Origin: an uncultured delta proteobacterium
GTDB lineage: Bacteria; Desulfobacterota; Desulfuromonadia; Geobacterales; DSM-12255
Assembly: GCA_963787125.1 (NCBI GenBank)
Contig: CAWBBV010000012.1
Location: 224,001-288,000, forward strand
DNA length: 64,000 nt
Direction of reading: 5' to 3'
Below the pieces are notes generated by a model. The model was not told the DNA's origin. It was given only the letters and a program-made list of their open reading frames with translations, and did no database searches. Shown here piece after piece: positions 9,727 to 20,030 of the stretch (the first letter of the stretch is position 1; each line of letters starts with the position of its first letter). The position numbers and the translations under genes were made by a program.

Positions 9727-11063
9727 ATGGATTGCGTTGCAAGATCAAGATTATTACCGGTAGTCACCTCAATTGACGCTTGCGCTCTTTTGGAAACAAT
9801 TAACCTGTAGAGAATTGCAGCAAGTACAATCTGCACATATATTTCAACTGACATGGCTGCATCTATAGAGAGAATGCATACTGCAAATCCGGTAATACCT
9901 GCGCAAAGTCCACAGAGATAAAATAGTTCTGCGTCATGTGCGGTTTCAATAAATAATTTTCTGGTTTTCAACCCGAGAGAAATTCCTCCTGAAATCAGCA
10001 GAATAAACGGCAGTGCACCGATAATTCCACAATCCGACAGCAACTGGATATACGTATTATGGGTAACTTTTTTGCTGTCAGGCCTGAAAACTGAACCTCT
10101 AAATTCGTCTTCAAGGTCGGGAAAACGATCTTCATATTTCATTTTAGCGACGGGGTAGGTCAGAAAACCTGTACCTACCAAGGGATTATCGGCGAAAACC
10201 ATCAATCCGGCTTTCCAAAGAGTAATTCGGTCCGAAGCGGATCCTTGAAATTCTTCGTTGCCTGCCATAGTCTGCATCCTATCCAGGTACTGCTGCGTAG
10301 CAAACGGCATAACAGCAACAGAGAAAACGGCTATAATCTTGAGTATCGTTAATGGTTTCCTTGAATAAAACGCAAAAACTGCCAAAGATACGACTAGACC
10401 GATCAGTCCAGCCCTTGACTGTGTACAGATGATCAAGGCCACCATAAGCGCTGTAAGTCCCATATAAAACCAGTATTGGGACCGTCTTTCACTGGCAAAA
10501 GCTCTGGACAGTGCAACCGGCATAAAGAGAATAAAAGTAGCAGCGACACCGTTAGAGTCTCCCCAGGCGCTCCCTCCAAGACCCTCAAGCCGCTCGTTCC
10601 CGCGAAAATGCTGATCAATACCCCAGACTGCCACAAAAGAAAAACATCCAATCATGACACTTTGAATTTTCCTGAAATCGTCAAGATCATTCACCAGCAG
10701 AAAAAGAAAAACACAGATGCCGAATGTTTTAAAAAACTCGAAAACATAGTAATAGCCGCGAAATATCTCATATTGTGCCATCATGACTGACAGAAGAATC
10801 GCTCCAAACAGCCAGATCATTAAAACGGTTTCTTTCCGAAACGCCTGACCGAACCTTGTCACAAAATCCCCTCTTAAAAGCATCCCGACAAATGTTGTAA
10901 TATAGTAAACCATGAAGACATAACTACCGGTTTTACTGCCCCAAAAGATCATTTCAGGCCGAACAACTGTAGCCCCAAGGTAAATGGCCATCCCCAGGAG
11001 AGGGCGTTTCAATACAAACGGAATCGAGATAATAACCAGTACCAACAAGACCCATTCTCTCAT
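9723..11063 (-). CDS. O-antigen ligase/polymerase family membrane protein (exosortase A system-like)
   Basis: Polytopic membrane protein with TQSRAG, R-W-G...NPLVGTG and THNTY motifs. Confidence 0.85.
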   Translation of the reverse strand: MREWVLLVLVIISIPFVLKRPLLGMAIYLGATVVRPEMIFWGSKTGSYVFMVYYITTFVGMLLRGDFVTRFGQAFRKETVLMIWLFGAILLSVMMAQYEIFRGYYYVFEFFKTFGICVFLFLLVNDLDDFRKIQSVMIGCFSFVAVWGIDQHFRGNERLEGLGGSAWGDSNGVAATFILFMPVALSRAFASERRSQYWFYMGLTALMVALIICTQSRAGLIGLVVSLAVFAFYSRKPLTILKIIAVFSVAVMPFATQQYLDRMQTMAGNEEFQGSASDRITLWKAGLMVFADNPLVGTGFLTYPVAKMKYEDRFPDLEDEFRGSVFRPDSKKVTHNTYIQLLSDCGIIGALPFILLISGGISLGLKTRKLFIETAHDAELFYLCGLCAGITGFAVCILSIDAAMSVEIYVQIVLAAILYRLIVSKRAQASIEVTTGNNLDLATQSI

Positions 11064-11098
11064 CTGATCACCCCACTCACTTTAAATTTTCATGCTAT

Positions 11099-12208
11099 TT
11101 AACACTGACAGTATCGCTTCTGAAATTGCTGCATAAAAGTGTATAGCCTTGAATTCCTGACAGCTTTGATACTCCGCCCATAAAGAGAACAGTTATAGAT
11201 TGTTACCTCATGAGCTGTTTCTGACTCATTAGCGTAGTAATCCTTATAGTCACCTTCACCTTCCAAACTGAACCTGTTGATCCCACCATCCTCGATAAGC
11301 CTCTCAATGGTTTTACAGAACAACACCCTGCCGACAGAAATATTTCGCAAAGACTCATCATAGGCCGTGTCGACGAGGTGATAGGTTTGTCCTCGCAGGC
11401 AGCCAAGCAAGTAAGCAACCGGCTTATTGCCTGCAAGCAAAACAACAAACTCTTCTCCGCCCTTCTCACGACAGGCTTTAGTAAGATGGCCGTATAAACT
11501 GGACTTCTCAATTTCATTAAAATGACTCTTGCCTGCTTTGAACTGCCAGCTTTTTTGTGCAACCTCCGCACACAGAAGCAGAGCCCGCTCTGCCTGGCTA
11601 TAAGCCGGCAGGATTTCGATAGTAACCGGCCCTTCCAGTGCCAATCGTTTGAGTGCATTTTTCAGATTGTTGCGAAACTTGCTCGACCTGGAGGCAAGAT
11701 AATCGCCATAGGTTTTCGGCAGGACAACGTAATGTTCTTTTGAAGGGGTAATGTCGGAAAGAAAATTGAGCCCCCGTGAAACGTCTCTCAATTCGTTCTG
11801 GAATCTCGCAAGAGTTACCCTTTTGAAGTTCGTTACATCCCAGCCGTGCCTGGACTTCAGATCGGCAAAAACTGCTTGAACGGTCTGCTCAGCTTCACTG
11901 CCGAGAAGAAAATCATCGCTGCCAATTCCCCTGCCAAGTGCCTGCAGCATCCTGACCCAAAAGCCCCCAAAGTTCTCTTTTTTAATTAAAAGTGGTGCAA
12001 TTGCAACAATTTTGCCACTGGCCGAGGCTCTTTGAATGTATATCAGCGCCGATTCGCCGGGCATGTGTGTAGCCCAGAAAGCGGAAAGCCATGAGTGGGT
12101 TCTGGCATAATTTTCCGGAAAACTGTGGTCCATAAAATGATCCCACTCAGAACGGATCAATTGAAACTCCTGGTAACTTTGCAAACACTCTAATCGCAGA
12201 CTACTCAT
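11099..12208 (-). CDS. GNAT acetyltransferase (CelD/BcsL-like)
   Basis: YLASRSSKFRNNLK...AYD...SVGRVL...GEGDYK pattern. Confidence 0.8.
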   Translation of the reverse strand: MSSLRLECLQSYQEFQLIRSEWDHFMDHSFPENYARTHSWLSAFWATHMPGESALIYIQRASASGKIVAIAPLLIKKENFGGFWVRMLQALGRGIGSDDFLLGSEAEQTVQAVFADLKSRHGWDVTNFKRVTLARFQNELRDVSRGLNFLSDITPSKEHYVVLPKTYGDYLASRSSKFRNNLKNALKRLALEGPVTIEILPAYSQAERALLLCAEVAQKSWQFKAGKSHFNEIEKSSLYGHLTKACREKGGEEFVVLLAGNKPVAYLLGCLRGQTYHLVDTAYDESLRNISVGRVLFCKTIERLIEDGGINRFSLEGEGDYKDYYANESETAHEVTIYNCSLYGRSIKAVRNSRLYTFMQQFQKRYCQC

Positions 12209-13293
12209 AGATTCCCCTTGGCAGCGCTGTTTGAGTTGAGTGATCCTCTGGTCATGGCCATAATGGAATGCAAAGCACCTGAGGCATTACATGAAAAATA
12301 TTGCGGTTCAGAAGTTGCGTCGTTGCCGGCCGGAACTCTGCCGATTGACATGCCGTTCCCAAAAGTCCATTCAAATAAGGAGTTTTCAGTTGTAAAGGCA
12401 CATGAATAACCAGCCTTGCGGAGATGTTTAAACTGATCGGTACGGAAATCATCATGAGGTTTTCCATTCGGAAAACAAAATGCTGCGATTTCTTTTCCAA
12501 GTTGGTTTTCCAGAGTCTGTTTAGGAATTACTATCTCCCGCTCCCATTCGTCATCAAGCAACTCTGTCAGGATGCGATGTGTCGCCGTATGAACTCCAAA
12601 TTCAATCAGCCCGGATTGATCCATTCTACTGACATCTTCCCAGTCCAGCAGACCAAAATCAGCCAGAAGCGAGACACGATCAAGCTGAACTTCCGCCCTG
12701 AGTGAGGTCATCTGTTGCTCTCTTTTTTCAAGTCCTGAACGCTTCATGGACTCTACTAAAATCCGGTAGCACTCCCAGACCTGCCCTTTTTGCAACAGTG
12801 CAAGGGCTGGTAAATCAGGAATAGATGGACTGATCCTCTGAGCTGCTGCCTCTTTCAGCAAAAAAAACAGTTCATCAAACCAGAAAACCTCTTCTGAACC
12901 GATCAGATCTACGGTCAGAAAGATGGCTGCAGGAAGCTTTAATGCCAGTAAATGCGGGAAAGCAACCGAGTAATTATTTTTCAAGCCATCGTCAAAGGTT
13001 ATGAGCACCGCACGATCAGGTAACGTGGATTCTCCTTTGATAGCCGCGATAACATCAGTCAGAGAGACAGGATGATACTGCTCAGCAAGGAACTGCAGCT
13101 GTTGCCTGAATATCGCCACCGGCAGTTGAGTCCATATTGGTGGATCATAGTCATTATTCGTAACCCCGTGATACATAACCACCAGGAGCTTCTTTCTGTT
13201 GATATAGCGGAAAAGACGCGCAACGCCCAGGAAATCGGCTGATTTGACAAATGACTGTTTCAGCCCGGAAAGGTGCATGGTTAACCCTCCCAC
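12205..13293 (-). CDS. Polysaccharide deacetylase (CE4/NodB)
   Basis: MYHGV, ITFDDG, GVHTATH and FCFPNG motifs. Start may be 13278. Confidence 0.88.
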   Translation of the reverse strand: MGGLTMHLSGLKQSFVKSADFLGVARLFRYINRKKLLVVMYHGVTNNDYDPPIWTQLPVAIFRQQLQFLAEQYHPVSLTDVIAAIKGESTLPDRAVLITFDDGLKNNYSVAFPHLLALKLPAAIFLTVDLIGSEEVFWFDELFFLLKEAAAQRISPSIPDLPALALLQKGQVWECYRILVESMKRSGLEKREQQMTSLRAEVQLDRVSLLADFGLLDWEDVSRMDQSGLIEFGVHTATHRILTELLDDEWEREIVIPKQTLENQLGKEIAAFCFPNGKPHDDFRTDQFKHLRKAGYSCAFTTENSLFEWTFGNGMSIGRVPAGNDATSEPQYFSCNASGALHSIMAMTRGSLNSNSAAKGNL

Positions 13294-14447
13294 AACTGAG
13301 TTCCCGAACCTGTGTCAGATGCGACAAGTCCGTTATACATCGCCTGGTACTTTATCAGGACCGCAGCGACATTGAAGCTGTCGAGAATTCTTGCCCTGGA
13401 CGCTTTTTTCATCTTTGCAAGCTCATCGTAACAACTCAAACAACGATCAAGATTTGCAGTCATTGCCAGACGATCAGAGCATGGGGAAAGGAAGCCGTTC
13501 AGCCCGTTTTTAATAACCGTGGAATTACCACCTACATCGGTGACAACTGCGGGAACACCGCAGGATTGGGCTTCCAGGAGCGAAAGTGAGGTGCCTTCAG
13601 ATAAGGAGGGGAGAACGAAAATGTCAAATAGAGGATAAATCTTGTGAAGATCATACTGCATCCCCATAAAGGTGACATGTTTTTCTATCCCCAGCTTTTC
13701 AGCCAGAATATTCAGATAGCTTCTTTCTCCGCCACTACCTACCAGAACCAGGTGGCAATCGTGTCTGCCGGAGCTGATCAGGTTAGCGAATGAATTCAGT
13801 AACAGCGGATAATTCTTTATCTTTTCAAGTCGGCCGACAGAACCTATGATTCGTTTGTTTGTTGGCAATTTGTAGGCTGCTCTGAAATCTGCCAGCAGCT
13901 GTTTTTCTTCAATAGGCTTGTATCTGTTTGTATCAATGCCATTAATAATGACGTCTGTTTTAGCCGCTGCGACCCTTTGCCTTGACTTCAAATCGGCAGC
14001 GATTTGCTCAGAAACCGCAACTATTTTATCGGTTAAAAGGCAGGAGAGAAATTCTTCAACCCTTGCCTGTAGTCCCGAAGTAACCGGCATACCATGTACT
14101 GTGTATACAAGCCCTTTCACCCCTGCCAACTTTCCGATAATTGAACTGTACAGGAAACAGCCGCCATGTGAATGGACGACGTCCGCTTGAATATGTCTCA
14201 AAAATTGAGCAGCTCTCCAGAGAAACATGAAATCATACTTGTAGCGCTTGTTAAATAAATGCACAGCAACACCGCAATCAGCCAGAGATTTACTATACAG
14301 ATCGTCATAACCGTTCAGACAAATAACTGTGGCTGTGAAAGCCTCTTTATCAAGATTACGACAGAACTCGACGATAAAACTTTCCAGACCGCCGATTTCC
14401 AGGTGCTGTGTTATATGCACTATATGGATTTTCTTTTTTACAATCAT
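13281..14447 (-). CDS. Glycosyltransferase family 4
   Basis: GGLE, NGID, VGRL..IK and EGTSLSLLEA (E-x7-E) motifs. Confidence 0.9.
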   Translation of the reverse strand: MIVKKKIHIVHITQHLEIGGLESFIVEFCRNLDKEAFTATVICLNGYDDLYSKSLADCGVAVHLFNKRYKYDFMFLWRAAQFLRHIQADVVHSHGGCFLYSSIIGKLAGVKGLVYTVHGMPVTSGLQARVEEFLSCLLTDKIVAVSEQIAADLKSRQRVAAAKTDVIINGIDTNRYKPIEEKQLLADFRAAYKLPTNKRIIGSVGRLEKIKNYPLLLNSFANLISSGRHDCHLVLVGSGGERSYLNILAEKLGIEKHVTFMGMQYDLHKIYPLFDIFVLPSLSEGTSLSLLEAQSCGVPAVVTDVGGNSTVIKNGLNGFLSPCSDRLAMTANLDRCLSCYDELAKMKKASRARILDSFNVAAVLIKYQAMYNGLVASDTGSGTQLWEG

Positions 14448-14456
14448 TTCGTCCGG

Positions 14457-15614
14457 CTACCTTTCCAGTGAATTGGTGAAAATACCCGCCACTATTCTCA
14501 TCTCATCCGCTGCGAGTTGCTGGTGAATTGGAAGACCGATAACATCAGCTGAAAGCGCGGCAACTTCCGGGAAATCTCCAAAATTAACCAGCGGATGCGG
14601 ACGCCTGGCAAAAACATATGGGACAACACCCTTGCTGATCATTCTGGCGACTACAGCATCTCTCTCTTTGACATTCAGAGGGAAACAGAGCGGACATGTC
14701 CCTTCAGGCAGTTCAGGAAAAATGAAATCTTCGCCAAACTCAGCAAACAGATTTTTTTGAAGGTCACTGTAATTTTTCCTCCTGGAGGTGATAATTCCAG
14801 TGAAATCATCGCTTCCCAGGAAAATTTCAGAGAGCATTGAGATATTTTTGTCATAACCAAGCAAAGGCTCATCGTAATACCACCTGTCGTCACCAACAGT
14901 TGCTTCGCCAGTCGTGCCCACAGTGGAGAGATACTTGGAATAGAGTGTCAATAACGTTCCCGAGACTGCCGCCGTGCAGCCATTACCACTATATTCCTTT
15001 TCCAGAATTGACCTGATCATCGTCTTTAGTAATCTCCAATCAAAACCACCAACCCCTTTTGCCGGAGAAGCAAACCTTTTGTTATTTAGTCGCAGAGCAC
15101 CGCCATTCGGCAGGAAGACAGTTTTTCTCATACTGAATAAACTCATATCACCTTCTATCCCGACCCAATTACCTTCATTAGTTCGCGAATACAAGGCATG
15201 GGCACAATCCTCTATGAGTACGATCTCTTTTTTTCGGCAAATCTCTTTTAATTCAGTTAAATCCTGAGGAAAACCGAAGTAATGAGCAACAACAACAACC
15301 CTGGTACGTGAGCGTATTTTTTCATTAATCTGGTCAATATTCAGGCTTAACTCATGATTGACACCAAAAAAATCAACCTTGAATCCGGCTCTTAAAGCAG
15401 CCTCAACCTCTACTCCGCAATTATATGCCGGCAGCAAAACTTCACTCTCCAGGGGCATATCCAGACTCTTTAGCGCATGAAACAAAGCGGCTCGGCCCGA
15501 AGAGTAGTAACTGGTTATTGATTCCGACAGAACAGGGTCATTTTGTTTACAAAATGAAAATATCTTGCGGACGTCAAGAGCCGGGAATGCTTGAATTGGC
15601 TGTAAACTATTCAT
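14457..15614 (-). CDS. DegT/DnrJ/EryC1/StrS-type PLP-dependent aminotransferase
   Basis: SGRAAL, HYFG, IEDCAHA, and FSMRK (PLP lysine). Confidence 0.82.
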   Translation of the reverse strand: MNSLQPIQAFPALDVRKIFSFCKQNDPVLSESITSYYSSGRAALFHALKSLDMPLESEVLLPAYNCGVEVEAALRAGFKVDFFGVNHELSLNIDQINEKIRSRTRVVVVAHYFGFPQDLTELKEICRKKEIVLIEDCAHALYSRTNEGNWVGIEGDMSLFSMRKTVFLPNGGALRLNNKRFASPAKGVGGFDWRLLKTMIRSILEKEYSGNGCTAAVSGTLLTLYSKYLSTVGTTGEATVGDDRWYYDEPLLGYDKNISMLSEIFLGSDDFTGIITSRRKNYSDLQKNLFAEFGEDFIFPELPEGTCPLCFPLNVKERDAVVARMISKGVVPYVFARRPHPLVNFGDFPEVAALSADVIGLPIHQQLAADEMRIVAGIFTNSLER

Positions 15615-15657
15615 CAGTTGTACCCATGACGGCTAAAAATTCTAAAATTTCCGTCTG

Positions 15658-18285
15658 TTAGAGATCCTGAAGCCGGGCTTTTAACCAGCAGATCTCCCGA
15701 TCCAGACTGAAATTTCGCGCGGAGCGATTGATTTCATCAATAACTCTATGAATAACGGAAAATACGGTCAGTAACGGTGTTGGTCTACCTGAAGATTGCT
15801 GCAGCGTTTTCTGGCGCAGAGGTTCTGTCAGGGGCTCATGAAGCCTTGCTCCAACCCAGCCATTTTGCAACATGAGCGCTACCGGTCTAACCAAACAGCT
15901 TGTTGTATGCCGGGCCAGCCCTTCCTGCGCTGCAGTATAAAAGTATTGTGCTTTGGCAACAAAAGCATCCCGCCTTTCAGGAGCGGTATACTTGGCAGCA
16001 TGATGGAAGATTACGCTTTTACGAAGATCCTGGGCCGGCCAGGTCTCATTGGGATATTCGAGGACTTCCGGTTTGTCAAGATAGGGGTATTCGTGTTGGA
16101 GCATCCAGTCTGCATAGTGCAAAAGACAGCTTCTGGCATAAAAATAGCCATCATCATAGGCAGTTAATTCGGCCTTTTTATCAATATATCTGGAGACTGC
16201 TACCAGTAAAACCGTATATGACCAGGCATTTTCTGCGTCCAGAAGATCACGGGCGGCAATATCATCTTCTGGATGAATGGCGCCCCTGAGGAGCTCTTCG
16301 GCCCGCTCAAGAAAACAGATTCCTCCACCAACTTCAAACGCGTCAAGACAGGCGACAACAGCGTTGCCTGTGCCCCTGCTAAGTGGATAACGCGGAAAAG
16401 CAGGTGTTATCTCGCCACGTACTGCTGTCAATTGCCTGATGTACCGTGTCCACCTTCTTATGGACGCCAGCATTGTTTGTGAGCCACCAAGGGATAGGAG
16501 ACACCAATTGGCCAGCGCAATAACTGCTTCACGGTAAGCAGTGTTACCCGTCAGGAAGTAGTTGTATAAAAGTCCGCTGGTGTAGCAATGTTCGGCAGCC
16601 GGACCACCACCACAAAAAGCGCGATCCTTCACCTGAAGATGCTCTTTGGAAAATGAGCGGTGGGTTGACAATCCGGCAGGGACATAATGATCCGTATGCC
16701 AGAAGAGACCGCCATTGTACTCTTCGCGGTCCAGATCAGTATGGTAGATGTCAATATCGAGGATGTGTCCTGCCAGGTCTGCAGCCAGAGTGCCCCAGAG
16801 TGGATTCCCTGTTGAGAAAAACTTGCGGTACATGCCGGCGCAGATGTCGTACTGATTATTGTAATGAGAGATGAATGCTTCCGGGCCCTGGTGATACACA
16901 GACTCGTGATCGGCTGATAACTCACCGAAATTACGCCAGCCGAACTCATCAGTTGTCTCCCTGTTGCCAACAAGGAATTCGGGCCCGTGCACAAACTGGT
17001 CAACAAGGTCAACATCATCAGAATCGCACGACTGAAGTGACGGCAAATCCGGAATTACTCCGGAGCTAAGATACACTTCGGCAGCTGTGACAGCAGTCAA
17101 GGGAGTCCTTGCCCAGGCAAGACCTTCGGCTGATGTGTTAAAATCAAGATACAATGATGTTGTCTTCTGCTCCCCACCTTGAAGTTCATGACTGTCTGGA
17201 GAGCAAGCTGGGAAAAGGCTTATGCGCAGCCCATTTCCATCAGCCTCCATAGCCTTGGGAAATTCCTGCCAGAACTTTGGCATGACTGCGGAAATCCCGC
17301 TATTACCCTTACCCGACCAGATAACGGGTTGAGCTCGTTTTCCACCTGCAACCCTTGTCGCACCATTACACATCTCGTATCCGTTGAATTTGAAAGGCAC
17401 AACTCCATTTCGGTCTCTGTGGTTCGGACTTTGCCAATTAATGCCGCCACTCGATTCTTGATAGATCGATACCCGGTCGGATAAATTGTCAGTGTGAAAC
17501 GGAGCTGCTCCCGGCTCAGGTGAGCAGCTGATTTCATTTACCCCTCCGGATATTAATGGAAACTCAAATACTAATTCTTTAAAGAAGAGAGAGCCTGGAT
17601 CGCCAAGATCCCATAAGCCGCCTGGATGACGGGCTGGACTCGGATTACGTAAGGTAAACTCCAGAAGGACTACGGAACTTCCTGCAAAGAAAGTTACTCT
17701 ACTGAAAAACTGAGGTGACAAACCCTCATAAGGCCAGAATACGCCTTTTATGAGGATAGTGGCGCGCAGTGGCCCATGGTTTTCAACTTCCAAAGATTCA
17801 ATAATGGGCGTCAACTTTTTATCGGCAGTCATGCCTAGTGAGCAGGCCGCTGCACCCGTTTGCAGAATCTTGCAACCGGAGATTTCTACGCTGGAAAAGG
17901 GGCGAAATTCTTTGGTATCAATGATAAAAATAGCAGCTCCGGTGTTTACCTGCCATCTGGCGTCACTACGGGCAATTTTTATACTGGCTGGAGTGTACGG
18001 AACCGCTACATCCGGCTTTACTAATCGATATTCTGAGCGACCTGAAGCTGTAACTTCCACTGTAAAATCAAACAGGCCCCATTTAACCGAACCGTCATTC
18101 CACTGTTTAAGTATAGTTGACTGAACCGGTTGCAACTCATCTCGAGGATTCAGAATAGCTAAACCGTTATCTCCAAGTAGTTCACCCTTGGCAAACGGGA
18201 TACCGACACGTACGGGTTCTGCGCTCCGGTTCACCCCCCCGGTTTCTGCAAAAACAATCTTCTTCTCCAGAGTATTTGTTACCAT
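15658..18285 (-). CDS. Large protein resembling the exo-rhamnogalacturonan lyase (PcRGLX/YetA-like) family
   Basis: EPVRVGIPFAKG, WNDGSVKW, FWQEFPK, FGWRNFG and HILDIDIYH motifs. Start set at ATG 18285 (TAATG overlap with the upstream stop). No signal peptide seen. Confidence 0.55.
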   Translation of the reverse strand: MVTNTLEKKIVFAETGGVNRSAEPVRVGIPFAKGELLGDNGLAILNPRDELQPVQSTILKQWNDGSVKWGLFDFTVEVTASGRSEYRLVKPDVAVPYTPASIKIARSDARWQVNTGAAIFIIDTKEFRPFSSVEISGCKILQTGAAACSLGMTADKKLTPIIESLEVENHGPLRATILIKGVFWPYEGLSPQFFSRVTFFAGSSVVLLEFTLRNPSPARHPGGLWDLGDPGSLFFKELVFEFPLISGGVNEISCSPEPGAAPFHTDNLSDRVSIYQESSGGINWQSPNHRDRNGVVPFKFNGYEMCNGATRVAGGKRAQPVIWSGKGNSGISAVMPKFWQEFPKAMEADGNGLRISLFPACSPDSHELQGGEQKTTSLYLDFNTSAEGLAWARTPLTAVTAAEVYLSSGVIPDLPSLQSCDSDDVDLVDQFVHGPEFLVGNRETTDEFGWRNFGELSADHESVYHQGPEAFISHYNNQYDICAGMYRKFFSTGNPLWGTLAADLAGHILDIDIYHTDLDREEYNGGLFWHTDHYVPAGLSTHRSFSKEHLQVKDRAFCGGGPAAEHCYTSGLLYNYFLTGNTAYREAVIALANWCLLSLGGSQTMLASIRRWTRYIRQLTAVRGEITPAFPRYPLSRGTGNAVVACLDAFEVGGGICFLERAEELLRGAIHPEDDIAARDLLDAENAWSYTVLLVAVSRYIDKKAELTAYDDGYFYARSCLLHYADWMLQHEYPYLDKPEVLEYPNETWPAQDLRKSVIFHHAAKYTAPERRDAFVAKAQYFYTAAQEGLARHTTSCLVRPVALMLQNGWVGARLHEPLTEPLRQKTLQQSSGRPTPLLTVFSVIHRVIDEINRSARNFSLDREICWLKARLQDL

Positions 18286-20024
18286 TAAGCTGGAACCTCC
18301 GTTTGAAAAGGCAGAGATGCCTCCTTGGCAGCCCAAACATAATAATCTTCCATCTTCTTGACGCGTCCGGCAAAGGAGAACTCTTTAGTGACGCGCTCAA
18401 GGCACGCTGCACCGCAGTTTGCCCGCAAGACATCATTGCCGAGCAGAGAAATAATATGGCCTGCAAGACATTCGACATCACCGGCCGGAGCCAGGTAACC
18501 GCCACAACTGCTGTCGAGCAGTTCAGGTATCCCGCCTACTGATGTCGAAACCGCTGCCACCCCCATAGCCATGGCTTCAAGCAGTGTGTTCGGCATGCCT
18601 TCAGTTGTTGATGTCATCAGGAAAAGATCAAAAGAGGCATAGATATCAAGCAGGTCTGTGCGGTGACCGGTAAAAAGTATATTAGCTGCAAGACCGCGCC
18701 TGTTAACCTCCTCTCTGGCTTTTCCAAGCTCATCACCGTAACCGTCGCCAACAATCACAAAGATGACCTTTGGCATCTTTCGGACAACCTCCTCTGCTAC
18801 CCGGTAAAAGGTTGGCAGATCCTTTTCTACGGTGATACGGGCAACCGTACCGACGATGAACCAGTCGGCAGCTATCCCAAGTTCTGCTCTCAGTACCGGA
18901 CGTCCTTTACCTGGTTGCCACGCAGAGAGATCGATGCCGTTGGGAAGCACCGTGACGTCTGTCGCAGCGATATTTGCTGCCAAAAGTCGCTGACGGGTAT
19001 CGCGGGAAATTGTAATGATCGGTTTTAGGTGACGCTCCATCAGAAAAGTCACCAGTCTCTGGCGTAACCTGAATTTGAGGTATTGGGCTATGCCGGAAAA
19101 CTGTTCACGGTTTCCGGGGGCATATGAGTGACATGTGTGAATAATTTTAATCTTCGGGTTCATGTACGAAAGCAGCCAGCCATAAAGCATGGTCTTGTCG
19201 TCATGAGTATGGATGACCTGTAATTGATTATCAGTGATAATGCGGTTCAACTTTCCAAGGCATGACCAATCGATCATGCTGCCGTCAACAACGTCGGTAT
19301 AGTTTATTCCCAGGCGCCTGGCCATTGCGGGTATTTGAAACTCCGTATCATCAGGTTGACGAATATAAACGACCATGACATATACTTTTTCAGGGTCGTG
19401 CTGTGCAGCTGAGTTGAGGACGGTTTTATCAGGACCTCCGCCACCTTTATAAGTGCCGCGAAAATCCATGATGCGGGGAATCTTCGCCGAAATATTTATT
19501 TGTGAGACTTCTCGTTTCTTGACCTGGCAGGGAGATCCAAATGCTACGGAGTCGGCAGGAATGCTTCTGGTGACCACAGCGTTAGCGCCGACAATACAAT
19601 TGTCACCGATAGCGATCTCACCGATGATCTTGGCGCCGGCGCCGATCAGCACGTTGTCTCCGATCCTGGCAGCGTTCCCTGACCCCCCCCGATCGCCGAT
19701 GGTGACACCATGGTAAACCGTGCAGTTTTCACCCAGTGTTACGGATGGATGGAAAATAATGCCTCCGAAATGGTGAATGCGAAACCCCTTGCCTATTCTG
19801 CAACAGGCAGGGATTGAAATACCGGTAGTAATTTCGATGAAGCGTTCGCAGATGAACCGCAACGGGTGGCCGGAAATACCGCGCCGCTGCAGCCAATTGA
19901 AGAGTCGATAGGTGAGAACAGCCTGGAATCCTTGTGACAGTATTCCGGCGACAAAAGATCTGAGTGATATTTTACCGGAAGAGCTGAAACGCCTCAAATC
20001 AGTAGCTACTGCGTCAAACATCAC
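18285..20024 (-). CDS. Serine-acetyltransferase-like hexapeptide-repeat domain fused to a GT4 glycosyltransferase
   Basis: N-terminal IGDNVLIGAGAKIIG.IAIGDNCIVGANAVV repeats and C-terminal EGMPNTLLEA. Confidence 0.85.
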   Translation of the reverse strand: MMFDAVATDLRRFSSSGKISLRSFVAGILSQGFQAVLTYRLFNWLQRRGISGHPLRFICERFIEITTGISIPACCRIGKGFRIHHFGGIIFHPSVTLGENCTVYHGVTIGDRGGSGNAARIGDNVLIGAGAKIIGEIAIGDNCIVGANAVVTRSIPADSVAFGSPCQVKKREVSQINISAKIPRIMDFRGTYKGGGGPDKTVLNSAAQHDPEKVYVMVVYIRQPDDTEFQIPAMARRLGINYTDVVDGSMIDWSCLGKLNRIITDNQLQVIHTHDDKTMLYGWLLSYMNPKIKIIHTCHSYAPGNREQFSGIAQYLKFRLRQRLVTFLMERHLKPIITISRDTRQRLLAANIAATDVTVLPNGIDLSAWQPGKGRPVLRAELGIAADWFIVGTVARITVEKDLPTFYRVAEEVVRKMPKVIFVIVGDGYGDELGKAREEVNRRGLAANILFTGHRTDLLDIYASFDLFLMTSTTEGMPNTLLEAMAMGVAAVSTSVGGIPELLDSSCGGYLAPAGDVECLAGHIISLLGNDVLRANCGAACLERVTKEFSFAGRVKKMEDYYVWAAKEASLPFQTEVPA

Positions 20025-20030
20025 ACCCCC

